Below are positions 20,121-29,298 of a DNA stretch of 64,000 bases, in pieces. Origin of the DNA: an uncultured Gammaproteobacteria bacterium. Its GTDB lineage: Bacteria; Patescibacteriota; Patescibacteriia; UBA9934; GWF2-40-263. Each line of letters opens with the position of its first letter. Position 1 is the stretch's first letter. The stretch is from the NCBI GenBank assembly GCA_964399675.1, contig CAYNRK010000003.1:73033-137032 (forward strand), given 5' to 3'. The position numbers and the translations under genes are program-made. The notes beneath the pieces are model-generated. The model had not been told where the DNA came from. It searched no databases and worked only from the letters and a program-made list of their open reading frames with translations.

Positions 20121-20960
20121 ATGACACCATTTGACATCCAATATAAAGAAGCTATTCGTCTTATTATGGATGAGGGGATTGATATTCCAAATCCATGGTC
20201 AGGCCGAGTGACAAGAATGATTCCTGGTCTTACGCTTCGTGTTGATATAGGTGAATGTTTTCCATTACTTACACTTCGAAGAATTCCATTAAAATTGTTT
20301 GTGGCTGAACAAGTTTGGTTCTTAATGGGCGAGAATAATCCTAAATGGCTGCGACAGTTTACAAAGATCTGGGATGATTTTACAGAAACTGATGGCACGA
20401 TTCCAGCAGCTTATGGTTACAGGTGGCGACATCATTTTGGTAGGGATCAGATTGAATCGCTTGTTGAACATTTAAGTGATAATCCTGCATCGCGTCATGC
20501 AATTGTTGTAACTTGGGATCCAAGCCGTGATGGTTTAGGAGTTGATTCAAAAAAGAATTTGCCGTGTCCATATACTTTCAATGTGAACATCGCAGGAGGA
20601 AAGTTGCACTTGCACAATATTGTAAGAAGCAATGATATGATGCTTGGGTGTCCGCATGACGCCGCTGGGTTTGCACTTTTGCAATGTATTTTGGCTGAGC
20701 GTTTGGGAGTCGAGCCTGGAATATATACACACTCCATTTCAAACGCACATATTTATGATAATCATTTTGATGCTGCGCGCGAGCTTTTAAGTCGCGAACA
20801 TGTCCATGAAAAAGTAAAACTTGAGGTGCCAAACAAAAGTTATCATAGAGCAAAAGGCGGGGACACAGAACTTGTAAAAGAAATTTTTAAATTATTGAAA
20901 GATCAATACAAACCCATGGAGTCAATAAAAGGTATGGAAATAACAGTGAATGTTTATTAG
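20121..20960 (+). CDS. thyA: Thymidylate synthase family protein with dCMP-type specificity residues
   Basis: FPLLT, AYGYRWR, LPC catalytic Cys, RSND, HIYDNH; PHD replaces PFN. Confidence 0.9.
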   Translation: MTPFDIQYKEAIRLIMDEGIDIPNPWSGRVTRMIPGLTLRVDIGECFPLLTLRRIPLKLFVAEQVWFLMGENNPKWLRQFTKIWDDFTETDGTIPAAYGYRWRHHFGRDQIESLVEHLSDNPASRHAIVVTWDPSRDGLGVDSKKNLPCPYTFNVNIAGGKLHLHNIVRSNDMMLGCPHDAAGFALLQCILAERLGVEPGIYTHSISNAHIYDNHFDAARELLSREHVHEKVKLEVPNKSYHRAKGGDTELVKEIFKLLKDQYKPMESIKGMEITVNVY

Positions 20961-20962
20961 AT

Positions 20963-21517
20963 ATGAAAGTTGTTTTAATAGCAGCATTATCTGCAGATGG
21001 AAAGATTGCTGAGTCTGATGACCAGCTTTCTTTAGATTGGACATCCAAAGAGGATTTGAAGTTTTTTGTAAAAAAGACAAAAGAGTGTGGGGTTGTGATT
21101 ATGGGGCGCAAGACATTTGAGACAATTGGTAAGCCTCTCAAAGACAGAAAACTTATTGTAATGACACGACAAGAAGTTCCCCCCTTTTCAAGGGAGCCCG
21201 CCCGGACGAACGTCCGTTCGGACGGGGACAAAGGGGGGTTAGAATTCGGAACAGTCGAATACACAAACGAACAACCCCGCGAACTCATTGACCGTCTCAA
21301 ACAAGAAGGTCACGACATGGTGGCCGTGGCTGGTGGTTCTACTATTTATAGTTTATTTTTAAAAGAAGGTCTTGTTACAGATTTTTATCTCACAGTTGAA
21401 CCGGTTTTGTTTGGTGATGGTATTCCTTTGGCAAAGGGTTTCAATCGAATTAATTTGAAATTAATTGATGTAACGCGTTTAGGCGAGCAATCAGTTCTTT
21501 TGCATTTTTCAGTTTAA
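20963..21517 (+). CDS. folA: Dihydrofolate reductase (with palindromic insertion)
   Basis: IMGRKTFETIGKPLKDR, VAGGSTIY; adjacent to thyA. Confidence 0.9.
   Translation: MKVVLIAALSADGKIAESDDQLSLDWTSKEDLKFFVKKTKECGVVIMGRKTFETIGKPLKDRKLIVMTRQEVPPFSREPARTNVRSDGDKGGLEFGTVEYTNEQPRELIDRLKQEGHDMVAVAGGSTIYSLFLKEGLVTDFYLTVEPVLFGDGIPLAKGFNRINLKLIDVTRLGEQSVLLHFSV
21176..21241. repeat. Palindromic element translated in frame in folA (VPPFSREPARTNVRSDGDKGG)
   Basis: cccccttttcaaggg...ggggggtt matches 44571-44603, with nested cccgcccggacg/cgttcggacggg hairpin. Confidence 0.8.
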
Positions 21518-21530
21518 TATTTTTTATTAT

Positions 21531-24500
21531 TTATTGTTTCAACACGCCATTGATTTGTTTTTCAAGAAATTTGTATTCTGCGGTTTGTTGTAATCCTGCG
21601 TTTTCCATTTCTGCAAGAACACGAGTTTTTGACAGTGTGTCTACAAAGTAGGCTGTTCTTCTTGTGATCCAGTCAATACCCGATTTTTCAGATTTTGCAA
21701 TTCTGTTTACAATAGCAAACAACTCACCTCTTGATTTTCCGAGTTTTTTCAAGGCTGCGTCTTCGTTGTACCAAGTTCCTTTTTCTGTAAATGCAAAATC
21801 AGTGACTTTTCCCCCGTCATATTTGAATTTTACCTTCATTCCTTTTTTACTAAGGGTTGTTTCAACGGGTGATTCTAGTTTTGTTTCAGGAGTTTCTTCG
21901 GACGGGATTTCTTGTTCTTGTTGAGTTTCTGCTGAAGCTTCGGTTGTGGGTTCTTCTGTTCCAGCTTCCGCTGCTTCTGCTTGAGCAGCCGCAGCTTCGG
22001 CTTCTGGTTTAGCAGGTTCCGGCGCAGGTTCTGGAGCGGGTTCAGGAGATTCTTCCGGTATTGGCGGTTTTCCTTCACGAACTCGTTTTGCCATTTCTTC
22101 AACGTTTCGAGCCACATCACCTTGGTGTGCAGCTTCTTCTGTTGAATTGTCCCGAATGATTCTTGCAATATCATCAGTTTGTCCATCGATTCGTCTCTGG
22201 ATGAGTTTTGCAATTTCACCACTTTCTTCTTCTGTTGAATCTAAATTGGCGATTGCTAATTTATCAGCCTCAACTTGTTTTATAATCCAATCAAGATCCT
22301 GCATGCGTGTGTCAGGTGCTCTAAGCAGAAATCCAATTTGTTCTTTTGAAAGATTTTGTTTTTCAAGTAGTTTTGCAAACTCAGCTTTGTCTAGTTTATC
22401 CGGAGTCTCAACAATTGGAGCAATTTTGTCAGCGGCTCTTCCGATTTCAGCCCTACGTGCTTCTGTCATTGGTTCAGCTTCTGCGTCAGCTGCTTTTGCA
22501 TCCGGTCCTGGTTCAGGCTTAGCTGCTGCGTCTGGTTGTGTGGCTGTGGTCTGAGCTTCTGGTTCTGGGGCAGGTGGAGCTTCTACGGCTGCTGGAGGAG
22601 CCGTGGCAGGGGTTTCTGGCGCTGCTGCTGGTGTTTCCGCATCACTATCAGCTGCGTCTGGTACGGCTTGGGCTTCTACTTTTGGAGCGGGTGTTGGATC
22701 TTCAAATTTTTCGTATTCCGGCTTTTTGTAGTTATAAACAATTCCTTTTTCTTGAAGTTCTTCCATGTCAGCCGGTTTGCCTGACTCAGTATCCACAAAA
22801 GTAAAATTGATCTCACCATTTTCACCTGGACTAATTGCAATAGCGACCTTATCCACCCCTTTAGCACTTAAACCAGTCCATCCACCCTCTTCAGTATGAA
22901 GGGCTTTTTTTGCAGCAATAAACGCAGTTTTGCGAACCCATTTTTTAACTACTTTTGCATCATTTATATCACCTTGATAGCCAAATTTTTCTGGATCAGC
23001 TTTTAGTTGACGCTGAGCAATTCTAATAATTCCATCACCTTTTTGAATAGTTGCTTGTTCAATTTGTTCTTCTGAAAATTCAGGAGCTTCTTCAGCTGCA
23101 GCTTCGGTTGCTTGTTCAGCATCAGCGGTTGGTTCTGCGTCAGCAGCAGCTTCTGTTTTTGGTTCTGGTTCAACCTCTTTTGCATCAGCGGTTGGCTCAG
23201 GCTCAGTGTTAGGGGTAGGTTCTGATTCGGGAGCTTCTTCGGCCTCTGGCACTGCTTCTGCTTGCTCTACCTCCGGTTCCGGTGCTTCAACTTCCGTACC
23301 TTCAACTGCAGTTATTTCTGTATCAGTTTTAGCTGACAGAACATCTGAAGCCGCCTGTTTTGCAGTTTTTTCAGAAAGCAAACCAAAAGTGACTTTGTCT
23401 AATTGTTCAGAAAAACTATCACCAGCATATCCAGCAGCACCTTTTTCTTCCAAACCCTGAAGTGCTTTTTCAATTGCACCAGAGACACCGCCTTCGCCTG
23501 ATAATTCTCCGCCAGCCAGAGTTGCAAAACCTGCAAAACGTGCAACAGTTCCGGCTGCTTGTACTGCATTTAGAATTTTTTGTTTTTTGGTTTCACCTTC
23601 TTTTAGAGTTAGTTTACGCCATGTTTCTGAAAAACCATTGACTACAAGTTCTTTTGCCAATCCTTCTGTACGCTCACCCGATTCCCGCTCTTGTTGGACT
23701 TTTTTATAACGTTCAAGCAGTGCAATGGCTCCATATCCAACACCTCGTAATGTGGCAAGTCCGGTTGAGATCAGAGCAGTGTTAAGAGATTCCTTTAAGG
23801 CCGCTGTTCCTTTGACTCGAGTTTGAATAAATTGATCCAGCAGTTCGGCTGTCTCTTGGTGTTGTTCTTCCTCAATATCACCAGAATCTTCGCGCTGTTT
23901 TTCAAGAATTTCCTGAACACGTGCAAGCATTTCTGTTTTCTTTTCTGCTGATAAAAATACAGATTCATTTATTTTGGTTTCTAAAGCTCGCTTTCTTGCT
24001 ATTATCGGAGCTGCATCAAGTGCTATTTGTTCTGCATGATAATCACGAAAGCCTGTTTCAGGATCAATAAACGCCGATTCATCAAGTTCTATATCTCCAT
24101 ACTCAGCATTTTCAAAAGATTCCAAGATCCGTTGTTTTTCTTTTCCGGTTGTATATTTTTGAAAAAACCAAGCTGGCACGTCATGTAAAGATTTAAAACC
24201 ACCAAGGCTGGCTGCAATACCAAGAGCTCCAACTCCAACCGCTTTTGCAATTTGAGTTTTGTTCATTTCAGCTTCATCTTCCTCTGGTAAACGTTCGCCG
24301 CGAAATTTTTTGTAAAGATTTGATGCGCGATCTCTAAAACCTCCAGCAATAGACCGAAGCACACTCCGACTTTCTGTTGCTGGGTCTTGAGGTTCTCCTT
24401 CTGCTTCTTCTGGTGAACCAACAGCTTCTGGTGAGGCATCAGGTTCTGTAATTGGATCTAGAAATTCAGATATGTCAGGTAGGTCACTGTCCGGAGCTGA

Positions 24501-24551
24501 CTCAGTGCCACCAGTATCAAATGGGCCGGGTGTTGGTGCTTCTGGACTCAT
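21531..24551 (-). CDS. Large acidic Ala/Pro/Glu-rich protein
   Basis: 1006-aa ORF; hydrophobic Gly/Ala segments, low-complexity linkers, LysM-like ATIQKGDGIIRIA. Confidence 0.85.
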   Translation of the reverse strand: MSPEAPTPGPFDTGGTESAPDSDLPDISEFLDPITEPDASPEAVGSPEEAEGEPQDPATESRSVLRSIAGGFRDRASNLYKKFRGERLPEEDEAEMNKTQIAKAVGVGALGIAASLGGFKSLHDVPAWFFQKYTTGKEKQRILESFENAEYGDIELDESAFIDPETGFRDYHAEQIALDAAPIIARKRALETKINESVFLSAEKKTEMLARVQEILEKQREDSGDIEEEQHQETAELLDQFIQTRVKGTAALKESLNTALISTGLATLRGVGYGAIALLERYKKVQQERESGERTEGLAKELVVNGFSETWRKLTLKEGETKKQKILNAVQAAGTVARFAGFATLAGGELSGEGGVSGAIEKALQGLEEKGAAGYAGDSFSEQLDKVTFGLLSEKTAKQAASDVLSAKTDTEITAVEGTEVEAPEPEVEQAEAVPEAEEAPESEPTPNTEPEPTADAKEVEPEPKTEAAADAEPTADAEQATEAAAEEAPEFSEEQIEQATIQKGDGIIRIAQRQLKADPEKFGYQGDINDAKVVKKWVRKTAFIAAKKALHTEEGGWTGLSAKGVDKVAIAISPGENGEINFTFVDTESGKPADMEELQEKGIVYNYKKPEYEKFEDPTPAPKVEAQAVPDAADSDAETPAAAPETPATAPPAAVEAPPAPEPEAQTTATQPDAAAKPEPGPDAKAADAEAEPMTEARRAEIGRAADKIAPIVETPDKLDKAEFAKLLEKQNLSKEQIGFLLRAPDTRMQDLDWIIKQVEADKLAIANLDSTEEESGEIAKLIQRRIDGQTDDIARIIRDNSTEEAAHQGDVARNVEEMAKRVREGKPPIPEESPEPAPEPAPEPAKPEAEAAAAQAEAAEAGTEEPTTEASAETQQEQEIPSEETPETKLESPVETTLSKKGMKVKFKYDGGKVTDFAFTEKGTWYNEDAALKKLGKSRGELFAIVNRIAKSEKSGIDWITRRTAYFVDTLSKTRVLAEMENAGLQQTAEYKFLEKQINGVLKQ

Positions 24552-24874
24552 ATATTCAAATTACTTATTTTTTCTTTGATAGCTTTGATCTTTGCCTGAG
24601 ACTCAATGTCATCAACAATTTCTAATGTATCATTTCCCCCTTTTTCTTCTGCTCGTTTTTCTTTTTCTTGATACTTGGCGACTATTTTTTCTAATCCTGT
24701 TTTAAAAACATCTTGAGCTTGGTCGTCAGATTCTTTCCAATCATTTAATAGTTGGATAACTTCTTCAACCAAGCTTTCATCAGGCGACATTGCAATCAAA
24801 TCAATGGCCGCAAGTTTTGTTTCGCGATCAAGAGCTGATGAAGTTAAAATTTCTTCTAATCGTTTCCATGGCAT
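24548..24874 (-). CDS. Small acidic helical protein
   Basis: 108-aa ORF overlapping start of large protein. Confidence 0.75.
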   Translation of the reverse strand: MPWKRLEEILTSSALDRETKLAAIDLIAMSPDESLVEEVIQLLNDWKESDDQAQDVFKTGLEKIVAKYQEKEKRAEEKGGNDTLEIVDDIESQAKIKAIKEKISNLNI

Positions 24875-24876
24875 AT

Positions 24877-25206
24877 TTATTCCTGTCCTCCTTGATCTAA
24901 AGCTTGCTCAATTTCATCAAACGATGCCATTGCTTTATCTTGAGAAGCTTTTTGAGCTTCCGCACTTTTTTGTTTAATTGTTTCAATTGAACCTGCAAAC
25001 TGTTTCATTTCTTCTGAACCTTGTACGGCAATATTTGATTCAAGCGCTTTTGCAAAACGATCAATTTGTTCAAGACTCATTTCAGGTATTAGTGCTGCCC
25101 AGGCATCTTTGACATCATCCGGCATGTCAGCAGAAGCTAAAAGCAAGGCCAAACGCTCCCCAACATTTTTCAAATCTTCTTCAATTTGTTTATCATTATC
25201 TGTCAT
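24877..25206 (-). CDS. Small acidic helical protein
   Basis: ORF ending 2 nt before neighbour start; first gene of the three-gene operon. Confidence 0.75.
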   Translation of the reverse strand: MTDNDKQIEEDLKNVGERLALLLASADMPDDVKDAWAALIPEMSLEQIDRFAKALESNIAVQGSEEMKQFAGSIETIKQKSAEAQKASQDKAMASFDEIEQALDQGGQE

Positions 25207-25248
25207 ATGCAATAGTTTTAATTTTTGTTAGTATACTACAAATATTCT

Positions 25249-26163
25249 ATGTACGATATTGATTATCCATACATGCCTGAGGGGCGGGAATTGCGCTATG
25301 TTGCGGCAGATCATCCGTTTATGCAGGCTGCTGCGCTTGCGCGCAAAGAATGTGCCGGAGATCCTTCGTATCCTGTTGGAATTGTTTTGGTGAAAAACGG
25401 GGAAGTGGTTGCGCGTGCTGGGAATTTGTATAACCGCGGACCAGGTCAGATTCATGTTTGTAAAAGAATTGTTCACGAACCTCCAAGTGGTACAGGATAT
25501 GATCTTTGTGATCAACATGATTCGCCTGGACATTCAGAACGAATGGTGATTCAGGTGGCAAAAGAGCAGGGAATTGATGTTTCAGGATGCGACGCATATA
25601 TGTATGGGCATTGGTGGTGCTGCGAGCCTTGTTGGGATGTAATGATTGAAAATGGGATTAGAGATGTTTATGTTGTTGATGATGCACACGAGCGGTTTCA
25701 TCGCGATGTCATTTATCCAGAGATGCTTCAGCCTTCTGTAAGTTCTATTTATCTTGCCGGGGCTTATACGCACAATACTGATATTGAAGGAGAGATCTCT
25801 TTTCACGAGAGGTTAAGAAAAGTTGCAAATGAGTTTGATATTGATTCTTGCCTTCCATATGTTGATAATCCTGAGAATAAAAAACCATGGGAGGAGCGCG
25901 ATAGAAGTTTAATTTATTCGTGGACTAAAGAGCAGGTAATAAAAGCTGATGTTCTTGTAGCAGAAGTTTCACAACCTTCATTAGGTTGCGGTGGGGAATT
26001 GGTGATGGCAGCAGAGGCAAATAAATTAATTGTAATTTTGTCAAAAAAGGGTTTGCGTATTTCAAATTTTTGCATTGGAAACCCAGCGATTGTTTATCAT
26101 ATAGAATATGAAGATGAAGAGGATGCGTGTAAGCAATTTAGAAATGTTTTAAAACAACTTTAA
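25249..26163 (+). CDS. dCMP-deaminase-like zinc deaminase fused to DNPH1/Rcl-like nucleotide N-glycosidase domain
   Basis: HSE...CCEPC zinc motif with CKR...SGTGYDLC; C-domain IYLAG...ADVLVAEVSQPSLGCGGEL. Confidence 0.85.
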   Translation: MYDIDYPYMPEGRELRYVAADHPFMQAAALARKECAGDPSYPVGIVLVKNGEVVARAGNLYNRGPGQIHVCKRIVHEPPSGTGYDLCDQHDSPGHSERMVIQVAKEQGIDVSGCDAYMYGHWWCCEPCWDVMIENGIRDVYVVDDAHERFHRDVIYPEMLQPSVSSIYLAGAYTHNTDIEGEISFHERLRKVANEFDIDSCLPYVDNPENKKPWEERDRSLIYSWTKEQVIKADVLVAEVSQPSLGCGGELVMAAEANKLIVILSKKGLRISNFCIGNPAIVYHIEYEDEEDACKQFRNVLKQL

Positions 26164-26218
26164 CGCATTATTCATAGGTCTTATAGGACCAATAGGACCT
26201 ATGAATAATGCGTTTTTT
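26164..26218. terminator. Long hairpin / terminator after deaminase fusion
   Basis: cgcattattcataggtc...gacctatgaataatgcg followed by T run. Confidence 0.65.
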
Positions 26219-26228
26219 AATTGAAATA

Positions 26229-26258
26229 CCGCCCTCGTCTCCGAAGAGACAAGGGCGG
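26229..26258 (-). terminator. Terminator of GC-rich orphan gene
   Basis: ccgcccttgtctc-ttcg-gagacgagggcgg on minus strand. Confidence 0.65.
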
Positions 26259-26278
26259 CAGTGAGGACGGTTGCGATC

Positions 26279-27694
26279 TCAGTCGCGGATGTCCTTGAAG
26301 ATGGGGGTGAAGTACACCACCACAACGTACGGGGTCAGGCGGCGACCGTCGGCTTTGAAGATCACCTCATCACCTTCGCACGGGTAGTAGCGATGTCCAC
26401 CGCGTTCGTGGATGAACGTGGTGCTTCCGACCTTGACCGCCATCTGGATCTCGTCGCGGCCGATCCGGCGATTGTGGAAGGTGTCGCGCACGACCGTTCC
26501 GACCAGGAAACCGTTGTCTTCGAGTCGGCTGCGGAGCGTGTGCTCCAGGTCTGCGTGATTGAGCTTCAGACGACGCCAGGCTCGGTACACAACCATGGTG
26601 TTGGCACCGCCCAGCTTTTCGAGCACGACCTCGCGGAAGAACTTGCGAGCTTCCGGCTTGTCCATGCTGGCGCACAGGCTCAGCAGGAACGTGGCCAGGT
26701 TGTAGTGAGTCCAGTGCGAGGCCTCTCCGATCGGATCGAGCCTGAGAGCGACTGCACGCTTGGCTTCGTGCGGCAGCTCTTCGAGCACTGTCATGGGAAC
26801 CTGGCGCAGGTTGGTGAGACCCAGCGCCGCCCCTGCGATGAGCAGACCGCTTTTGACCGGCAGACGCAGTCGAAGATTACTCGCTGCCCTGAGCACCTCG
26901 TTGGGGCTCTTCTCTGCACAGATCTCGATGGCCTCAACGAGCTGATCGTTGTCCAGCATCCACCAGGGCTTGAGATCCATGTACTCGAGCCGGTCGTCGT
27001 TGTGGGCAACACCCTGACCCTCGACCTGCTCGATGAAGGCGTTGATGACCAGGTGCGGATGGGTCGCCTTGTCTGGCGAGAGCTCCGCCATGATCCTCGA
27101 CTGTGGCACACCCAGCAAACGCAGGTTGTTCCAGATTCCGCTGTTGGCCATGGAGTCGCTGCCGAGCCGCAGGAACTCGTGCACGTCGTTGGCCATGCCG
27201 CGTTTGACCTCCACCACGCGCAGGCGGTCGATGATCATCTGTGCGATCTCGTTTCGGCCGATGCCGTTCAGGATGGCCGCGACCAACCAGGCGTGGTTGC
27301 GCGCACCACAGTTGGTGTAGATCCAGCTGACCAGCTCCAAGCGACGATCGTCCCTGATCATCGACACCAGCTCGTTGCTGATGATGAAGCAGTTCAGCAG
27401 CCTGTAGCTCAGAGACCGCGCCGGATCATCTGCCGGCGCCTGCGAGTACACCTCGATGGTCTGATCGAGGAAGTCGGTCACGTCCACCATCAGAAACTCG
27501 AACATTTCCGGGTTGCGCAGGATCCAGGTCATTCCCATGGACGTGGGAATCGACCCAGCTCCAGCGTCGTCGATCGTCAGGACCCAGTTCCAGATGTCCT
27601 CGTAGGACACTCCACCTTCCTTGATCCTGGCCTCCCATGCTTCTCGGGCCAGGGGGAGCGCCTCGTAGCTTCCAATCTCTCTTCTCTCCAACAT
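26279..27694 (-). CDS. GC-rich orphan protein (471 aa)
   Basis: GGAGGA SD before ATG 27694; TTGACA-17-TATTAT promoter at 27826-27798; own terminator. Confidence 0.75.
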   Translation of the reverse strand: MLERREIGSYEALPLAREAWEARIKEGGVSYEDIWNWVLTIDDAGAGSIPTSMGMTWILRNPEMFEFLMVDVTDFLDQTIEVYSQAPADDPARSLSYRLLNCFIISNELVSMIRDDRRLELVSWIYTNCGARNHAWLVAAILNGIGRNEIAQMIIDRLRVVEVKRGMANDVHEFLRLGSDSMANSGIWNNLRLLGVPQSRIMAELSPDKATHPHLVINAFIEQVEGQGVAHNDDRLEYMDLKPWWMLDNDQLVEAIEICAEKSPNEVLRAASNLRLRLPVKSGLLIAGAALGLTNLRQVPMTVLEELPHEAKRAVALRLDPIGEASHWTHYNLATFLLSLCASMDKPEARKFFREVVLEKLGGANTMVVYRAWRRLKLNHADLEHTLRSRLEDNGFLVGTVVRDTFHNRRIGRDEIQMAVKVGSTTFIHERGGHRYYPCEGDEVIFKADGRRLTPYVVVVYFTPIFKDIRD

Positions 27695-27875
27695 CTGTCC
27701 TCCGGTCGCATAAAGCGAGTGAGGGAGCCTGGAAAATCCGTCCAGTACGGTTTTGGTGCAACTTGCACCAATCTCGGAATCGCACCGAGAACGACTAATA
27801 ATAGCACAAAAATGCGGTTTTGTCAACCAAAATACTAACCCCTAGGGTTAGTATTTTTTGCTGTTTTCTTTGATT

Positions 27876-28553
27876 TTATGAAAGTTCAATTTTGATTCCA
27901 GGACCAATTGTTGATGAAATGGATGCACTTTTTGTGTATATCCCTTTTGCTGATGCCGGTTTTAGCCGTTTAATGGAATCAAGCAGTGTTTGCAGGTTTT
28001 CTTTTAATTGATCTTCTGAGAATGAAGCACGCCCAAAGACCTGATGGATATTTCCCGCATCATCGTTTTTAAAGCTTTGCTTTCCAGCCTTTTGTTCTGA
28101 GACCATTTTTTTTATGTTTGTGCCAACTGTGTCTGTTTTTGGATTTGGCATTAGTCCACGAGGTCCAAGTAGTCTGGCGAGCTTTGCAACTTTAGGCATC
28201 ATTGAAGGTGTTGCAACTGCTACCTCAAAGTCAATTTTTCCTTTTTGAGCGATTTGCGTAATAAGCTCTTCACTGCCAACAATGTCTGCTCCAGCCTCCT
28301 TAGCTTCCGCTTCCTTTTCTGCTTCTACAAATGCTGCGACTTTTTTTGTTTTTCCAATTCCGTGTGGAAGTGTAATGGTTCCACGTACTTGTTGATCTGA
28401 CTTTTTTGTGTCAATCCCAAGTCTGATATGCAGCTCAACAGCCTCGTCATATTTAGCGGTTGCTGTCTTTTTCACAAGCTTTAGAGCTTCTTCAATTGAA
28501 TAAGTTGTTTCTTTGTCTACAAGCTTGTTTACTTCCTTAAATCGTTTTGACAT
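27876..28553 (-). CDS. rplA: 50S ribosomal protein L1
   Basis: DQQVRG..LPHG, LGPRGLMPNPK. Confidence 0.98.
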   Translation of the reverse strand: MSKRFKEVNKLVDKETTYSIEEALKLVKKTATAKYDEAVELHIRLGIDTKKSDQQVRGTITLPHGIGKTKKVAAFVEAEKEAEAKEAGADIVGSEELITQIAQKGKIDFEVAVATPSMMPKVAKLARLLGPRGLMPNPKTDTVGTNIKKMVSEQKAGKQSFKNDDAGNIHQVFGRASFSEDQLKENLQTLLDSIKRLKPASAKGIYTKSASISSTIGPGIKIELS

Positions 28554-28560
28554 ATTTTTT

Positions 28561-28591
28561 TGTGGTCCAAATGGCCCCTGCCTCCCACGTG
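28561..28591 (-). promoter_or_regulatory. Putative L1-binding autoregulatory leader
   Basis: Minus strand cgtGGGAGgcagggg...tggACCACa just before rplA start, resembling the L1 operator. Confidence 0.6.
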
Positions 28592-28635
28592 TTATTTATT
28601 TTTTAACCTCTCCTCCACCCCCGTCTTTTTTGATT

Positions 28636-28756
28636 GTTATACACACACAAGAAATAAATTTTTGCAGCTTCAACTGTCTGAGTGCTTGCCTTTAAATTAG
28701 ATTACAGAAAGCACAAGTTTTGAAGCAAAAAAATTTCTTTCTTGTGTGTGTATAAC
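28636..28756. repeat. Long imperfect hairpin between rplK and rplA
   Basis: gttatacacacacaagaaa...tttcttgtgtgtgtataac terminal inverted repeat with further internal pairing. Confidence 0.75.
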
Positions 28757-28769
28757 TTTTTTAAATCAA

Positions 28770-29192
28770 TTATCTAATCTCAACACCCATTTGCTGAGCT
28801 GTGCCAGCAACAATTTTCATTGCTTGTTCAACATCGTCTGTATTAAGATCTGGCATTTTTTTCTCAGCAATTTCACGGAGCTGATCGCGTGTTATTCTTC
28901 CAACCTTTTCAGTAAGAGGTTGGCCAGAACCCTTTTTGATCTTGGCAGCCTTCTTAATCATGTCAGAAGCAGGTGCGGTTTTGGTTACAAAGTCAAAAGA
29001 TCGATCTTCATAAACATTAATGATTACTGGCACGATTTCACCCCGACGATCTTGTGTTGCATTATTAAATTGCGTAACAAAATCTCCAATTGGAAGACCG
29101 TGTTGACCAAGAGCTGGGCCTATTGGTGGGGCAGGGGTTGCTGCGCCACCTTGAATCTGCAGCTTTATTTGTGTTTTTAGTGTTTTTGGCAT
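28770..29192 (-). CDS. rplK: 50S ribosomal protein L11
   Basis: [26 protein letters not shown]. Confidence 0.98.
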   Translation of the reverse strand: MPKTLKTQIKLQIQGGAATPAPPIGPALGQHGLPIGDFVTQFNNATQDRRGEIVPVIINVYEDRSFDFVTKTAPASDMIKKAAKIKKGSGQPLTEKVGRITRDQLREIAEKKMPDLNTDDVEQAMKIVAGTAQQMGVEIR

Positions 29193-29207
29193 AGGTGATC
29201 AGAATTT

Positions 29208-29278
29208 AGGAACTAGGGCCTGGGAACTAGGGCCTGGGGTTTCGTAATCCTAGTTCCCAGCACCTAGCCCCCAGTTCC
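29208..29278. repeat. Short tandem/inverted repeats (ggaactagggcctg x2 and complement)
   Basis: Visible direct and inverted copies in nusG-rplK spacer. Confidence 0.65.
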
Positions 29279-29298
29279 ATTGATTGGCGAATCTTAGA

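Noticed and set aside
26261-27838. 525-aa plus-strand ORF
   Set aside because: Antisense shadow of the GC-rich minus-strand gene, which has the promoter, SD and terminator
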